From Candidatus Marinacidobacterales bacterium (GTDB taxonomy: Bacteria > Acidobacteriota > Vicinamibacteria > Marinacidobacterales > DATDRI01): DNA of 64,000 nt. Within the stretch, counting starts at the first letter, position 1. Each line of letters begins with the position of its first letter. Shown piece by piece: positions 9,778 to 19,011 of the stretch. Position numbers and translations under genes: made by a program. The DNA lies in contig CBDCNP010000002.1 of the NCBI GenBank assembly GCA_965219415.1, forward strand, positions 128,001-192,000. Reading direction: 5' to 3'. The notes beneath the pieces were generated by a model. The model was given only the letters and a program-made list of their open reading frames with translations. It did not search any database and was not told the origin of the DNA.

Positions 9778-10987
9778 TCAATCATTATAGGGCACGCGTT
9801 CTCCCGAAGCCCGTAAATTACGAAAAGCCATGTAGAGCAATAGGTCATAACCTATCTTGATTCCGGCTCCGATGAAAAGAGGCGTGGAAAGAGAGCGACC
9901 CGCCATGAGTGCTCCCGCGATAACGGGAGACGCAGCCCAACCCAGGTTGCGCGTCAGATTGGTAACACCCGAGGCGAGTGTGCGAGCCTCCGGCTCGACG
10001 ATCGACACCACGTACGACTGGCGCGTCGGTACGTCCATCCGTGAGAGTCCTTCCCGCATCAGGAAGAGGGCCGCCGCGACCGTGAAGTTTGGGGCAAAGG
10101 GCACCATCATCAGAAGTAGGCTCGAGGGAATATGGGTGAAGACCATCGTGTTGACCAGACCAATTCGCACCGCAAGCCAAGCGGCGCCCAGATGCGAAGT
10201 CGCGTTGGCGATGCGCGCCAGAAAAAATAGAATCGCCAGCTCGCCCTCCTGAACCCCGAAACGCTGGAAAAACCAGTAGGAAAGCAAGAGTCGTCGTCAA
10301 AAAACCGCCTCCTACGCTATCCAAGGCGAAAAGGCCCGACAGGCGAAAGAGGACTCTCCGGGTTTTGGGAGAAACCGGCGGGCGCTCGGAAGCGCCAGGC
10401 ACTTCGATGCGCGATGAAAGGAGCGAACTGGAAATGATGCCGGTCCCGAAAAGGGCGGCGCAGGCACCGAGCGAGATCTGATAAGAAGACTCGACTGGAA
10501 CGCCGCCCATCGTCCGTAGCAAGTAGGGCAGCCCGGCCATGAGACTCCCGAGGGCGTGTCCCAAATCCTGAACTATGTTGTACCAGGCAAACGTCCGGGT
10601 GCGGTTCCCTTCGCCAACAATGGATGGCATCGCTGCCTGCTCCAAGACTAAGGCGGCTCCGCGGTCTCGCCCCATACCGTTGAACATCCCGAAGAAGGCC
10701 GCCAGGCTCATCCATGTCAAGTCCTTGGCAAAAATGGCCAGAAGGGCTCCCAAGGAGGAAAGGGTCGAAAAAAGGACGAGGCTGCGCCTTCGTCCCCAGG
10801 TATCGCCAACGCGAGCCGTCAGCGCGGTCCCCAACCCCATGCCGACGAATCCGACGGAGGAGAGCACGATTCCGATGCCAGCGGCGCTCACGCCCCGTAG
10901 AGGAAGGACGAGAGCGTGCAGGACGCTCAACATTCCCGTGCCGGCAGCACGGAAGAACGCCGAGGCCAGGATTAGGTCGCGGTCCAC
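9778..10987 (-). pseudogene. MFS transporter, one frameshift near 10290
   Basis: GDTWGRRRSL (MFS motif A), GRDRGA, LFALDSVGGGF, then continues in another frame: LSYWF...RIGLVNTMVFTHIPSS...MDVPTRQSYV. Confidence 0.8.
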
Positions 10988-11056
10988 ATAAAGACACGTC
11001 CTCGACGAGTAAAGTATGCGAACATCGAACTCGGTCCGGACGGTTCAGGGGAGAAT

Positions 11057-13055
11057 TTACCTCCCTTCCGCCCTGCTTCGGCTTGTCGCGGGTGGAGCGT
11101 CGAGCGCTGGGTTGCGATCGAAGAAATTATAAGGCCGCAGCGTCACCTGGTGCCATCCCAGGCTGTAGACCGGCCAGTCCTCGGCCGACGGGACATGGTG
11201 AAAGCCGAGCGTGTACCAAAGCACGATGTCTTGGTTCTCGACGTCCCGTCCATGAGCGGTCCAACGCGGGCAGACCTTGTCCTGCTTTGGATTGGTTCGG
11301 GTACTTGCCTGCGGCGAAGCGTTCCTCCGCATCATACGGTGTGACCCACAAGTGGTAGTTCGCGAAAAGAGCGCGGGCTAGCGGGGTACCGTTCTCCGAC
11401 ACCAGCGGCAGCGCATTTCCCGAGGACTCGATCGCATAGCTCACCGGATAGCCCACCCCGTTCCGCTGGTTCGCGTTCACTACGCGCCAAAGCGCCGGCC
11501 GTTCGTAGCTCAAGCGGTACTTTGCTTCCGAGTCCTTCTTGGAGGTCTTCGATCGAACCCGCCAAATGCCTCGGCGGGGACTCTTTTCGCCGAGTTGCTC
11601 GACCACAAGGGTGTCGCGGACGAAACTGTTCTCAGTTCCGTCCACGTCGAGATCGAGCCGGATCGAGAAGAAGTGATCATGATTGATGCCGACGCGGCCG
11701 GGCGCGATCAGAGGCCCCCATGCGGTGTCGTCCGCAGCGCTGGAGTCAGAGACGTTCATCGCCGCCACGCCTTTGATCGAGTCGACTCCGCTAGCGCCTC
11801 CGCGGAAAGTGAGGTTGCCCTTCTGATCGAAAAGCCAATCGAACACGTAGTCGTAGTTGCCGACCGTTGCGATGTAGCGAACCACGAGCCCCAGAGCGGG
11901 ACGGCTCTCCGCCTTTGCCGTCACGAAGTCCGTGTGACGCCACAGTGGATCGCCGGTCGGCCGCTCGAAAATACAAATCCGGTTCTCGAGAGTATCGGCG
12001 CCTCCCGCAGCATTCGCCATCACCGGGGAGAGAAGAGTGGCGCTCTCTGGGCAGTCGGATCCAGGCAAGAGCCTTGTTCCCATCGTGCCGAGACCGTACT
12101 CCCCCTCGTCCATGTAGTTCCGGTAGTACCATCCTATCGTTGGATCCTGATAGGGCACGAAGATCTCTGCCAGCGTGCCCTGGTAGAGCACGGAGCGACG
12201 GTCTCCGTCGTCGTTCCAAGACACGAGGGAGAGCACAATACCCATCCGTAGATCCCAACGAATGTGAAACGACCAGTTTTGCCATTCCACCGTCGAGCCA
12301 TTCGACGGTGAAGTTGCTACCCTGTGGTGCCGAGAAATACATAGGCTTAACTTCGCGCATGTTTCCGATGGAGTCTGGATCGAGGCCGGGTCTTCCCGGA
12401 GGTATCGGCACCACACCGGTGTCGGTTACCTCGATGACTTCTTTCGTATCGAGGTCGACGGTGGCGAAAAGGCCTTCGATGGGCGTGCTCGCATCCGTTG
12501 TCAGCCCTCCCGTATCGAAACAGTCGACCTTGACAATTCGCTCTGGTTTGCTCAGCCTCGCGCCCGAAGTTTCCAACCGTTCGAGGGAAACAGCAAAGCT
12601 GCTCGAAGTCGGCAATGCCGCGCTTCCGAAGACCCTCCTGCATACGGGAGTCTCCGAGTGCCGCTTCGATACCCGCAATAAGATCCGGCAACACGAGAAT
12701 GGGGACTGCGCCAGGAAACCTCACGAAAAGACGCCACTTCGCGACGGCCTAGATCCACCACAGCCTCGTAGGTCTTTGAACCTTTCCGAAGAACCACGTT
12801 CGCCGCCCGCGGAATAGGCATCCCCTTCCGCCAAGCAAGCACCGTTTCCTTCCGCGGTTCACGTAGGGTGATCGAACTAAAAAGCGTTGCCTTGTCCGCA
12901 TGGCCTGCGCCCCGTAGTAACGCCACCGCGGCGACGATCTCGGAGGCGTCGAGCGCATCCATTGGGTGTGGGGCAGATGCTCCGGCGGTGTGAGTCGCGA
13001 ATAGACACGAGATCACCGTAGTAAAGAGAAACGCCCACGGCAGTGGTCTCTGCAT
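11057..13055 (-). pseudogene. tynA: Copper-containing amine oxidase (TynA-like), about three frameshifts (~12715, ~12300, ~11270)
   Basis: Signal peptide + HPMDAL N-domain; TVGNYDY (TPQ consensus NYD/E); NHDHFF and LGFHHVP copper ligands; LRPYNFFDRNPALD C-terminus, spread over four ORFs. Confidence 0.85.
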
Positions 13056-13277
13056 TTCAAACCTCCGTTTCGGGAAAAATGGCGACGCCTAGTTGAACAC
13101 GGATCCGCGGTTCGGGCAACGAAGCTATCAGGTTTTGGCTCGCCTTGGTCGTCCATGTGATAACATTCCCGCTCAGTGTCGAAAACGGCGCGGCGGGCTG
13201 TTAAGATATTACTTTGAGGAGGCCGTATGATTTTTGTTGACCACACGGGAACGCGAGCCCAGAGCAAAAGCTAGCTG

Positions 13278-14327
13278 ATGTCGGGGACTGCATTGCTCCA
13301 AGAGGCCCAAGCGTCAACCGAAGGTAAGGAGGGGACCGTCGGCGACGCGTTTCGGGAGCTCCGAAACGATCTACGCCAACGCAAGTGTTTCGAGCGCACG
13401 CCTGCCGTGTACTTTGTCCTGACGGTCCTGTCGGTCGTCACCTTTGTCGCCGCGTATTTCTTGTCACTTGCGTCGACCAGTCTCGTCACACTGATCGCCT
13501 CCGTCGCGCTGGCCAGCGTGTGCGGCGTCCAGCTGGCGTATATCGCTCATGACGCCGGCCATGGCCATATCTCCCGACACGGCTTCGTCAATAAACTCGT
13601 GGGGCACCTTGCTCTCACGATTACATCCGGTTACGCATTCTCCAGCTGGACTCGCTCTCATGACCAGCATCACAGACGCCCGAACGTCGTGGCCCTCGAT
13701 CCCGATGTCGACACCAAGTGGGTGGTCCTCCATGACTGGGCTCGCCCGAGGACGCGGTTGCAGAAACTGACGACGCGCCTGCAACATTGGATACTCGTTC
13801 CTTACTACACGGTGCATCTGTTCGAGCTCCGGCTCCGCGGGTTGAAGGACGTTCTGGCATTGCGGCTTCGTGCGGACGCGCTGGGACTGGCACTGCACGT
13901 CGTTGGATTTTTTGTTTTGCCTGCACTCGCGTTTCCTCTGCATAGAGTTCTGGGCTGCTACGTCGCCCTATCGGCTGGTAGCGGACTCTACTACGGTCTC
14001 ATTTTCGCCGTGAACCACATCGGAGCGACGTACCTCCGAACGCACGAGGAAGTTGACTTCGTACGGCTGCAGGTGCTGAGCAGTCGTAACATTCTGACGG
14101 GTCGATTTGGCGACTTCGCGATGGGCGGCCTCAATTGGCAAATCGAGCACCATTTGTTGCCCCGCCTTCCACGCTTTCGGTTACGTCGCGCCAGCGAGTC
14201 GATACGGGAATTCTGCGCCCGCCAATCGCTGCACTACGAGGCGGTCCGCTTCTCCAAGGGGCTGGTCGCGGTGTTTCGGCATCTCCAGAAACTCTCGAGC
14301 GGCGGGGAACTCGCAGACGACACGTAG
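13278..14327 (+). CDS. Membrane fatty-acid (acyl-CoA) desaturase
   Basis: Three His boxes: HDAGH, HDQHH, QIEHH; transmembrane segments. Confidence 0.9.
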   Translation: MSGTALLQEAQASTEGKEGTVGDAFRELRNDLRQRKCFERTPAVYFVLTVLSVVTFVAAYFLSLASTSLVTLIASVALASVCGVQLAYIAHDAGHGHISRHGFVNKLVGHLALTITSGYAFSSWTRSHDQHHRRPNVVALDPDVDTKWVVLHDWARPRTRLQKLTTRLQHWILVPYYTVHLFELRLRGLKDVLALRLRADALGLALHVVGFFVLPALAFPLHRVLGCYVALSAGSGLYYGLIFAVNHIGATYLRTHEEVDFVRLQVLSSRNILTGRFGDFAMGGLNWQIEHHLLPRLPRFRLRRASESIREFCARQSLHYEAVRFSKGLVAVFRHLQKLSSGGELADDT

Positions 14328-14365
14328 GCTCGGCCGCACGACCTGAAAAGTCAACGAATAGACCA

Positions 14366-14410
14366 GGATTATGCACTTGACACAAATAAACCATGTCAAG
14401 TGCATAATCC
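14366..14410. repeat. Perfect 17-bp inverted repeat with 11-nt spacer
   Basis: GGATTATGCACTTGACA-caaataaacca-TGTCAAGTGCATAATCC. Confidence 0.9.
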
Positions 14411-14635
14411 CGAATATAACAACCCACTTTGTTTGGCCTTGAGACGACTTAGAATCGGGAGGAACGTGCTTCGATGAAGTTTTTGTCTCGAAGCTTCTGG
14501 GCGTTGACTAGAGCGTCAACGTCAGTTCGAGAGATGGCACTGCGAAAGCATCAGAGAAGCTAGCAAAACTTGTTGTGGGATCTTGTCAAGAGAAAATCCG
14601 ACTTTTTTTCTTGGAGGGACATTGGGGGACATCGT

Positions 14636-14692
14636 TCAGTTGGTGGGAACGAGCCGGTTCAGCTCTTCGAACCAGTTGAGGACGATGTTCAG
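14636..14692 (-). pseudogene. Orphan 3' tip of a Ser/Thr kinase-TolB/PD40 protein gene
   Basis: Reverse strand reads LNIVLNWFEELNRLVPTN-stop, the characteristic C-terminus of acidobacterial kinase/PD40 proteins; the tRNA lies directly upstream instead of a gene body. Confidence 0.6.
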
Positions 14693-14720
14693 TCGCGCCG
14701 GGCGTACCGCGTTAAAGGGT

Positions 14721-14796
14721 TGGCGTCCCCAGGGGGAGTCGAACCCCCGTTTTCGCCGTGAAAGGGCGACGTCCTGGGCCACTAGACGATGGGGAC
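14721..14796 (-). tRNA. tRNA-Glu(TTC)
   Basis: GTCCCCATCGTCTAGTGGCCCAGGACG-TCGCC-CTTTCAC-GGCGA-AAACGGGGGTTCGACTCCCCCTGGGGACGCCA; cloverleaf with encoded CCA. Confidence 0.97.
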
Positions 14797-14810
14797 TAAA
14801 AGGGGCCAAA

Positions 14811-14886
14811 TGGTGAGCCGTGCCGGGCTCGAACCGGCGACCCTCTGCTTAAAAGGCAGACGCTCTGCCAACTGAGCTAACGGCCC
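14811..14886 (-). tRNA. tRNA-Lys(TTT)
   Basis: GGGCCGTTAGCTCAGTTGGCAGAGCG-TCTGC-CTTTTAA-GCAGA-GGGTCGCCGGTTCGAGCCCGGCACGGCTCACCA. Confidence 0.97.
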
Positions 14887-14891
14887 GGGTC

Positions 14892-14920
14892 ATTCTAGGC
14901 CGTCTGCGGGAGCCGGTCAA
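14892..14920 (-). promoter_or_regulatory. Sigma70-type promoter of the tRNA pair
   Basis: TTGACC-17 nt-TAGAAT, 5 nt upstream of tRNA-Lys. Confidence 0.75.
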
Positions 14921-14943
14921 TATTTTGAGCGTTTTGAAGTGCT

Positions 14944-16287
14944 TCAGGCAGCGCCGTCAGGGACCGGATGGCCGGCTCCGAACCATCCCTCGACGAGCGG
15001 TTTTCCGTTTTCCATGTGCAAAATGGTCGCGTTACGGTCCGGTCCGGTCGAGATCGCACCGATAGGGACTCTGCTCAGCTCCTCGAGGCTGTCGAGGTAC
15101 CGACGGGCGTTGGCTGGAAGGTCTCGGAGCCTCGTAACACCCGCGGTGGGTTCCGACCATCCCGGCATGGTCCGGTATTCGGGCTCACACTCCTCGAGCA
15201 TCGAAAGCTCGCCCGGGAACTCCTCGACCGGCTCACCGCGGTAGCGATATCGGGTACAGATCTTTATCTCCTCGAGTCCGTCCAGAACATCGAGCTTCGT
15301 GATCGCCAGAGCATCGAGGCCGTTCACGCGGTTCGCATATCGCACCACCACGCTGTCGAACCAACCGCAGCGGCGCGGCCTTCCGGTCGAGGCACCAAAC
15401 TCTTCGCCCTTCTCCCTAATGTCCTCTCCGAGCTGACCCAACATCTCGGTGGGCAACGGTCCCGCGCCGACGCGAGTGATGTAGGCCTTGGTGATACCCA
15501 GAACGTGATCAATAGCCGTCGGACCGATACCACTCCCCGTACAAGCGCCGCCCGCCGTCGCATTCGAAGAAGTCACGAAGGGATAGGTCCCGTGATCGAT
15601 ATCGAGCAAAGTCGCCTGCGCCCCTTCGAACATAACCGACTGTCCTTCTTGAACGGCTCGGTGGATCAGGCGAGAGGTGTCGGTTACATGCGGGAGCGCC
15701 GTTTCTGCAAAACGTGTCAACGTCGGGAGAATCGATTCCGCGTCCAGATCCGGCTCGTCACCTTGTGCGGCGATCCAAGCGTTGTTCTCCTTGATTAGAT
15801 GTTCCAGCTTTTCGCGGAACGCCTCCGGGTGTCTCAGATCGCCAACTCGCAGTCCGCGCCGCGCGACCTTGTCTTCATACGCGGGTCCGATGCCCCGACA
15901 AGTCGTACCGATACGTTTGTCACCGAGCTTCTTCTCAGACACCGCTTCCAATCTGCGGTGATAGGGCAAGATCAGATGGGCCCGATCGGAAACAAAGAGA
16001 TTGTCGCCGACCTCGACGCCCAGCTCCCGAAGCGTCTTCACCTCTTCCAAAAAGGCTTCGGGGTCGACGACGCAGCCGTTTCCAATCACACACTTCACAC
16101 CCGGGTGCAGGACACCGGAAGGCAGCAGGTGCAAGATGAACTGCGTCTTGCCGACGACCACCGTATGGCCGGCGTTATGCCCTCCCCCGAAGCGGACCAC
16201 CATCTCGACCCGCTCGGAAAGAAGATCGACGTATTTTCCCTTGCCTTCGTCACCCCACTGGGTCCCGACGACGACGATATTCGGCAT
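14944..16287 (-). CDS. purA: Adenylosuccinate synthetase
   Basis: GTQWGDEGKGK, GGHNAGHT, IGTTCRGIGPAYEDK, EFGASTGRPRRCGWFD, TKLDVL. Confidence 0.98.
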   Translation of the reverse strand: MPNIVVVGTQWGDEGKGKYVDLLSERVEMVVRFGGGHNAGHTVVVGKTQFILHLLPSGVLHPGVKCVIGNGCVVDPEAFLEEVKTLRELGVEVGDNLFVSDRAHLILPYHRRLEAVSEKKLGDKRIGTTCRGIGPAYEDKVARRGLRVGDLRHPEAFREKLEHLIKENNAWIAAQGDEPDLDAESILPTLTRFAETALPHVTDTSRLIHRAVQEGQSVMFEGAQATLLDIDHGTYPFVTSSNATAGGACTGSGIGPTAIDHVLGITKAYITRVGAGPLPTEMLGQLGEDIREKGEEFGASTGRPRRCGWFDSVVVRYANRVNGLDALAITKLDVLDGLEEIKICTRYRYRGEPVEEFPGELSMLEECEPEYRTMPGWSEPTAGVTRLRDLPANARRYLDSLEELSRVPIGAISTGPDRNATILHMENGKPLVEGWFGAGHPVPDGAA

Positions 16288-16326
16288 CTACGCGTTACCT
16301 TTATTTAGGAACCACAGCCACCAAGT

Positions 16327-17778
16327 CTAGCAAAAACCCATTTCCTTCTCGACTTCCTCCGATACCTCGTTGACCACCTCCCATAGACGCTCGACGTGCT
16401 CCTTCTTCGTGCGGAGATGAGTGATGCAAACTCGAAGCGAGAAGGAGCCTCCTAAACGGCAGTGTGACATCGCAAGCCCGTCTCGAGCGTTGACTCGCGC
16501 CATGATCTCCTCGTTCAATTCATCCAGGGCAGCCCCGGTCGCGGAACGCGCGGGCACTCGTCGAAAACAGACGACGCTGGTCATGACCGGAGCAAGAAGC
16601 TCGTAGCGCGGAGCGGACTCCACCCAGGTCGCAAGCTCCTTCGCCAACTGGAGATGTTCTTCGATCCGTTCTTGGATCGCATGGAGGCCGTAGAACTTGA
16701 GGGTCATCCATATTCTGAGCGCCCGCATGCGACGGGTCAGCTCGATCGTATGTTCCATTGGATTCGGCAACGCTCCCCGGCTCTCTGCCTCCGAAACTTT
16801 CAGGTACTCGGGCACGAGGGTGAAGAACTGTCTCATATGATCCCCGTCCCGAACCAAGAGGCAGCTGGTATCGATCGGCACGAAGAGCCACTTGTGAGGA
16901 TCGAGGGAGAGCGAATCGGCTCGCCCAAGACCTCTCCGCATCCAGGCTCCGGAGGGGGCAATGGCGGAAAGCGCGCCGTAGGCACCGTCCACGTGAAGCC
17001 AAACGCCTTCCTCTTCACATAGATCGGCGATCGTTTCCAAAGGATCGACCGCTCCACTACCAATCGTCCCCGCGTTAGCGATCACCGCCGCCGGTTCCCG
17101 CCCCTCCTCTCGATCCCAGGCGACGGCATCGGCCAACGCTTCGGGCTTCAAACGAAACTCGTCATCGGTCTTGATGGTATGGATGGCTTCTTTACCCAGA
17201 CCCAGGAAGCGAAGGGCACGATGGACGGAGCTGTGGACTTCGGGAGAAGCGTAGAAAACAACGTCTTTCTTCACTCCGGCTCGTTCTCGAGCCAACGCGA
17301 GAGCCATCAAGTTCGCTACCGAGCCACCACTTGTTAGAACGCCCTCCCCCACCGCTGGGTAACCAATCATCTCCTTGATCCAGTTGACGACTTGCCGCTC
17401 AACTGCGGCCCCCGAGGCCGCGGCGCGCCAAAGACTCACGTTTTGATTCAGCGTCGATGTAAGGGCATCGGCCATGATCCCCACGATGGTCGAGGAGTTG
17501 GGCACATAGGCGAAGTTCCCAGGATGCTGGAGGTGGGTGCCCAAGCCGACGACCTTGTCACGAAAACTCCCGAAGACATCCTCCGGAGACTCCCCCACGT
17601 CGGGAACCGGCTCTTCGAACGCGCGGGCGACCTCAGACGGAGACTCTGGTTGAAAAATCGGGACATCGGGCGGGCTCTCCAGGTAGTCCACGATCCAATC
17701 GACCGCCTCGTGCGCGAACGCTCTCAGGGTCTCCGAGTCGAGCTCCGGGCGAGAGGGAAACTCACTGTCCCTAGCCAT
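16327..17778 (-). CDS. Group II PLP-dependent decarboxylase (aromatic L-amino-acid/glutamate decarboxylase family)
   Basis: SGGSVAN, WLHVDGAYG, DSLSLDPHKWLF (PLP lysine); AGGAG RBS before ATG 17778. Confidence 0.88.
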   Translation of the reverse strand: MARDSEFPSRPELDSETLRAFAHEAVDWIVDYLESPPDVPIFQPESPSEVARAFEEPVPDVGESPEDVFGSFRDKVVGLGTHLQHPGNFAYVPNSSTIVGIMADALTSTLNQNVSLWRAAASGAAVERQVVNWIKEMIGYPAVGEGVLTSGGSVANLMALALARERAGVKKDVVFYASPEVHSSVHRALRFLGLGKEAIHTIKTDDEFRLKPEALADAVAWDREEGREPAAVIANAGTIGSGAVDPLETIADLCEEEGVWLHVDGAYGALSAIAPSGAWMRRGLGRADSLSLDPHKWLFVPIDTSCLLVRDGDHMRQFFTLVPEYLKVSEAESRGALPNPMEHTIELTRRMRALRIWMTLKFYGLHAIQERIEEHLQLAKELATWVESAPRYELLAPVMTSVVCFRRVPARSATGAALDELNEEIMARVNARDGLAMSHCRLGGSFSLRVCITHLRTKKEHVERLWEVVNEVSEEVEKEMGFC

Positions 17779-17893
17779 TCGTTTCACTCCTGTCGTACTA
17801 TGCGGGCCATGCGAGAAACCCCCCGGGTGGAAGCTTACTCTGGAACGGCCCGAAAGCGGTAGCTCTCGTGGAACTTATTGGAATCTAGTTATC

Positions 17894-19009
17894 TTGGAAA
17901 CATACATACCACGCCCCGAGATCGAGACCAGGCTCCTCGCCAACGTCGAATCCGGCAATAAGGCCACCATGCTCCTCGGTCCTCGAGGCTCCGGCAAGAC
18001 GACATTGCTCAGGCGCGTACGCTCGCTCATCGGCAACTCCCGCCCAACCGCCCTGATTCAGATCGAGCCCATCGCGGCATCTCCGGAGATACTCTGCGAG
18101 CGATTTCTCCACGTCGCAGGGGAAACACTTTCTGCCGGTTCCTCCCGGTCAGGCCGGTCCCGGCCTTTCCAACGGCTGGTCTCGTCGTTATCGAAGGCCA
18201 AGCCGGGGGCTGTCCTGTTACTGGACGACATCACCGAGCTCCGAACCCTTTCTTACTTCCCGGGAGTGGAGAACCCATTGGAGAGCGTTCTCGAGGCGCT
18301 GAGCAAGAAACACTCACCAGACTGCGTGGTGACGAGCCGGTTCCCGGCGTGGGTCGCTTCTTCGTTCGAGGACCTCTCCAACCCAGCGCGTGCACACTTC
18401 GATGTCGTGGACATTCCCCCATTGAGAACAGACCAGCTAGGCACCTATGCAGTCAATGGCGGCGAAGGGCTCGTGGCTGCAACGAGAGGATTGCCGGTCC
18501 ATATCACCCCACTCATCGCACGACTGGAAGACGGAGACGACCTCCCGACCGCCCTCGCCGCTGAAATGACAGACCGCGGCCAACTGGAGGCCGAGTGCCG
18601 TGCCACGTTGGGACAACTCTTGCATCGGGCCCGCGGCTATGGGGCCTGCAAGGCGGTGCTGCACGTGTTGGCGGAGGAGGAAGGGCTTCGGCTGACCGAC
18701 ATCGCAAGACGGCTCGATCGCACTCCAGGCTCGGCACGAGACTATCTTCGTTGGCTCGAGGAAGTCGACTTGATCACGGTTCGCGACAAACGGTTTTTCT
18801 TCGTCGACCCGGTCCTGCGTTTGTGGCTACGCCTCTATGGGCAAGGCGAGTTTCCCTCGCATGATATTATTGAAGCCGAGGTCGAACGACACCTGGGCAA
18901 GAAGCTTCCTGTTGTGCCTCCCCGCGAGACGGTCCCCACCACCCCTCACGAACAGCACGAACCTCCGCCCCCTATCCGTCCGGAGGAAGATCTCATCGAG
19001 ATCGATTGA
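17894..19009 (+). CDS. P-loop ATPase (archaeal-ATPase/AAA-like) with C-terminal winged helix
   Basis: Walker A GPRGSGKT, Walker B LLLDD, HTH LRLTDIARRLDRTPGSARDYLRWL...FFFVDPVLRLW. Confidence 0.75.
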   Translation: METYIPRPEIETRLLANVESGNKATMLLGPRGSGKTTLLRRVRSLIGNSRPTALIQIEPIAASPEILCERFLHVAGETLSAGSSRSGRSRPFQRLVSSLSKAKPGAVLLLDDITELRTLSYFPGVENPLESVLEALSKKHSPDCVVTSRFPAWVASSFEDLSNPARAHFDVVDIPPLRTDQLGTYAVNGGEGLVAATRGLPVHITPLIARLEDGDDLPTALAAEMTDRGQLEAECRATLGQLLHRARGYGACKAVLHVLAEEEGLRLTDIARRLDRTPGSARDYLRWLEEVDLITVRDKRFFFVDPVLRLWLRLYGQGEFPSHDIIEAEVERHLGKKLPVVPPRETVPTTPHEQHEPPPPIRPEEDLIEID

Positions 19010-19011
19010 AG

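Noticed and set aside
13089-13098. CTAGTTGAAC also present at 26698-26707
   Set aside because: A single shared 10-mer is expected by chance in 64 kb and the flanks do not extend the match.
14503-14520. GTTGACTAG/GTCAAC resembling IscB omega-RNA (HEARO) ends
   Set aside because: Order and spacing do not fit, and no IscB/TnpB ORF is nearby.
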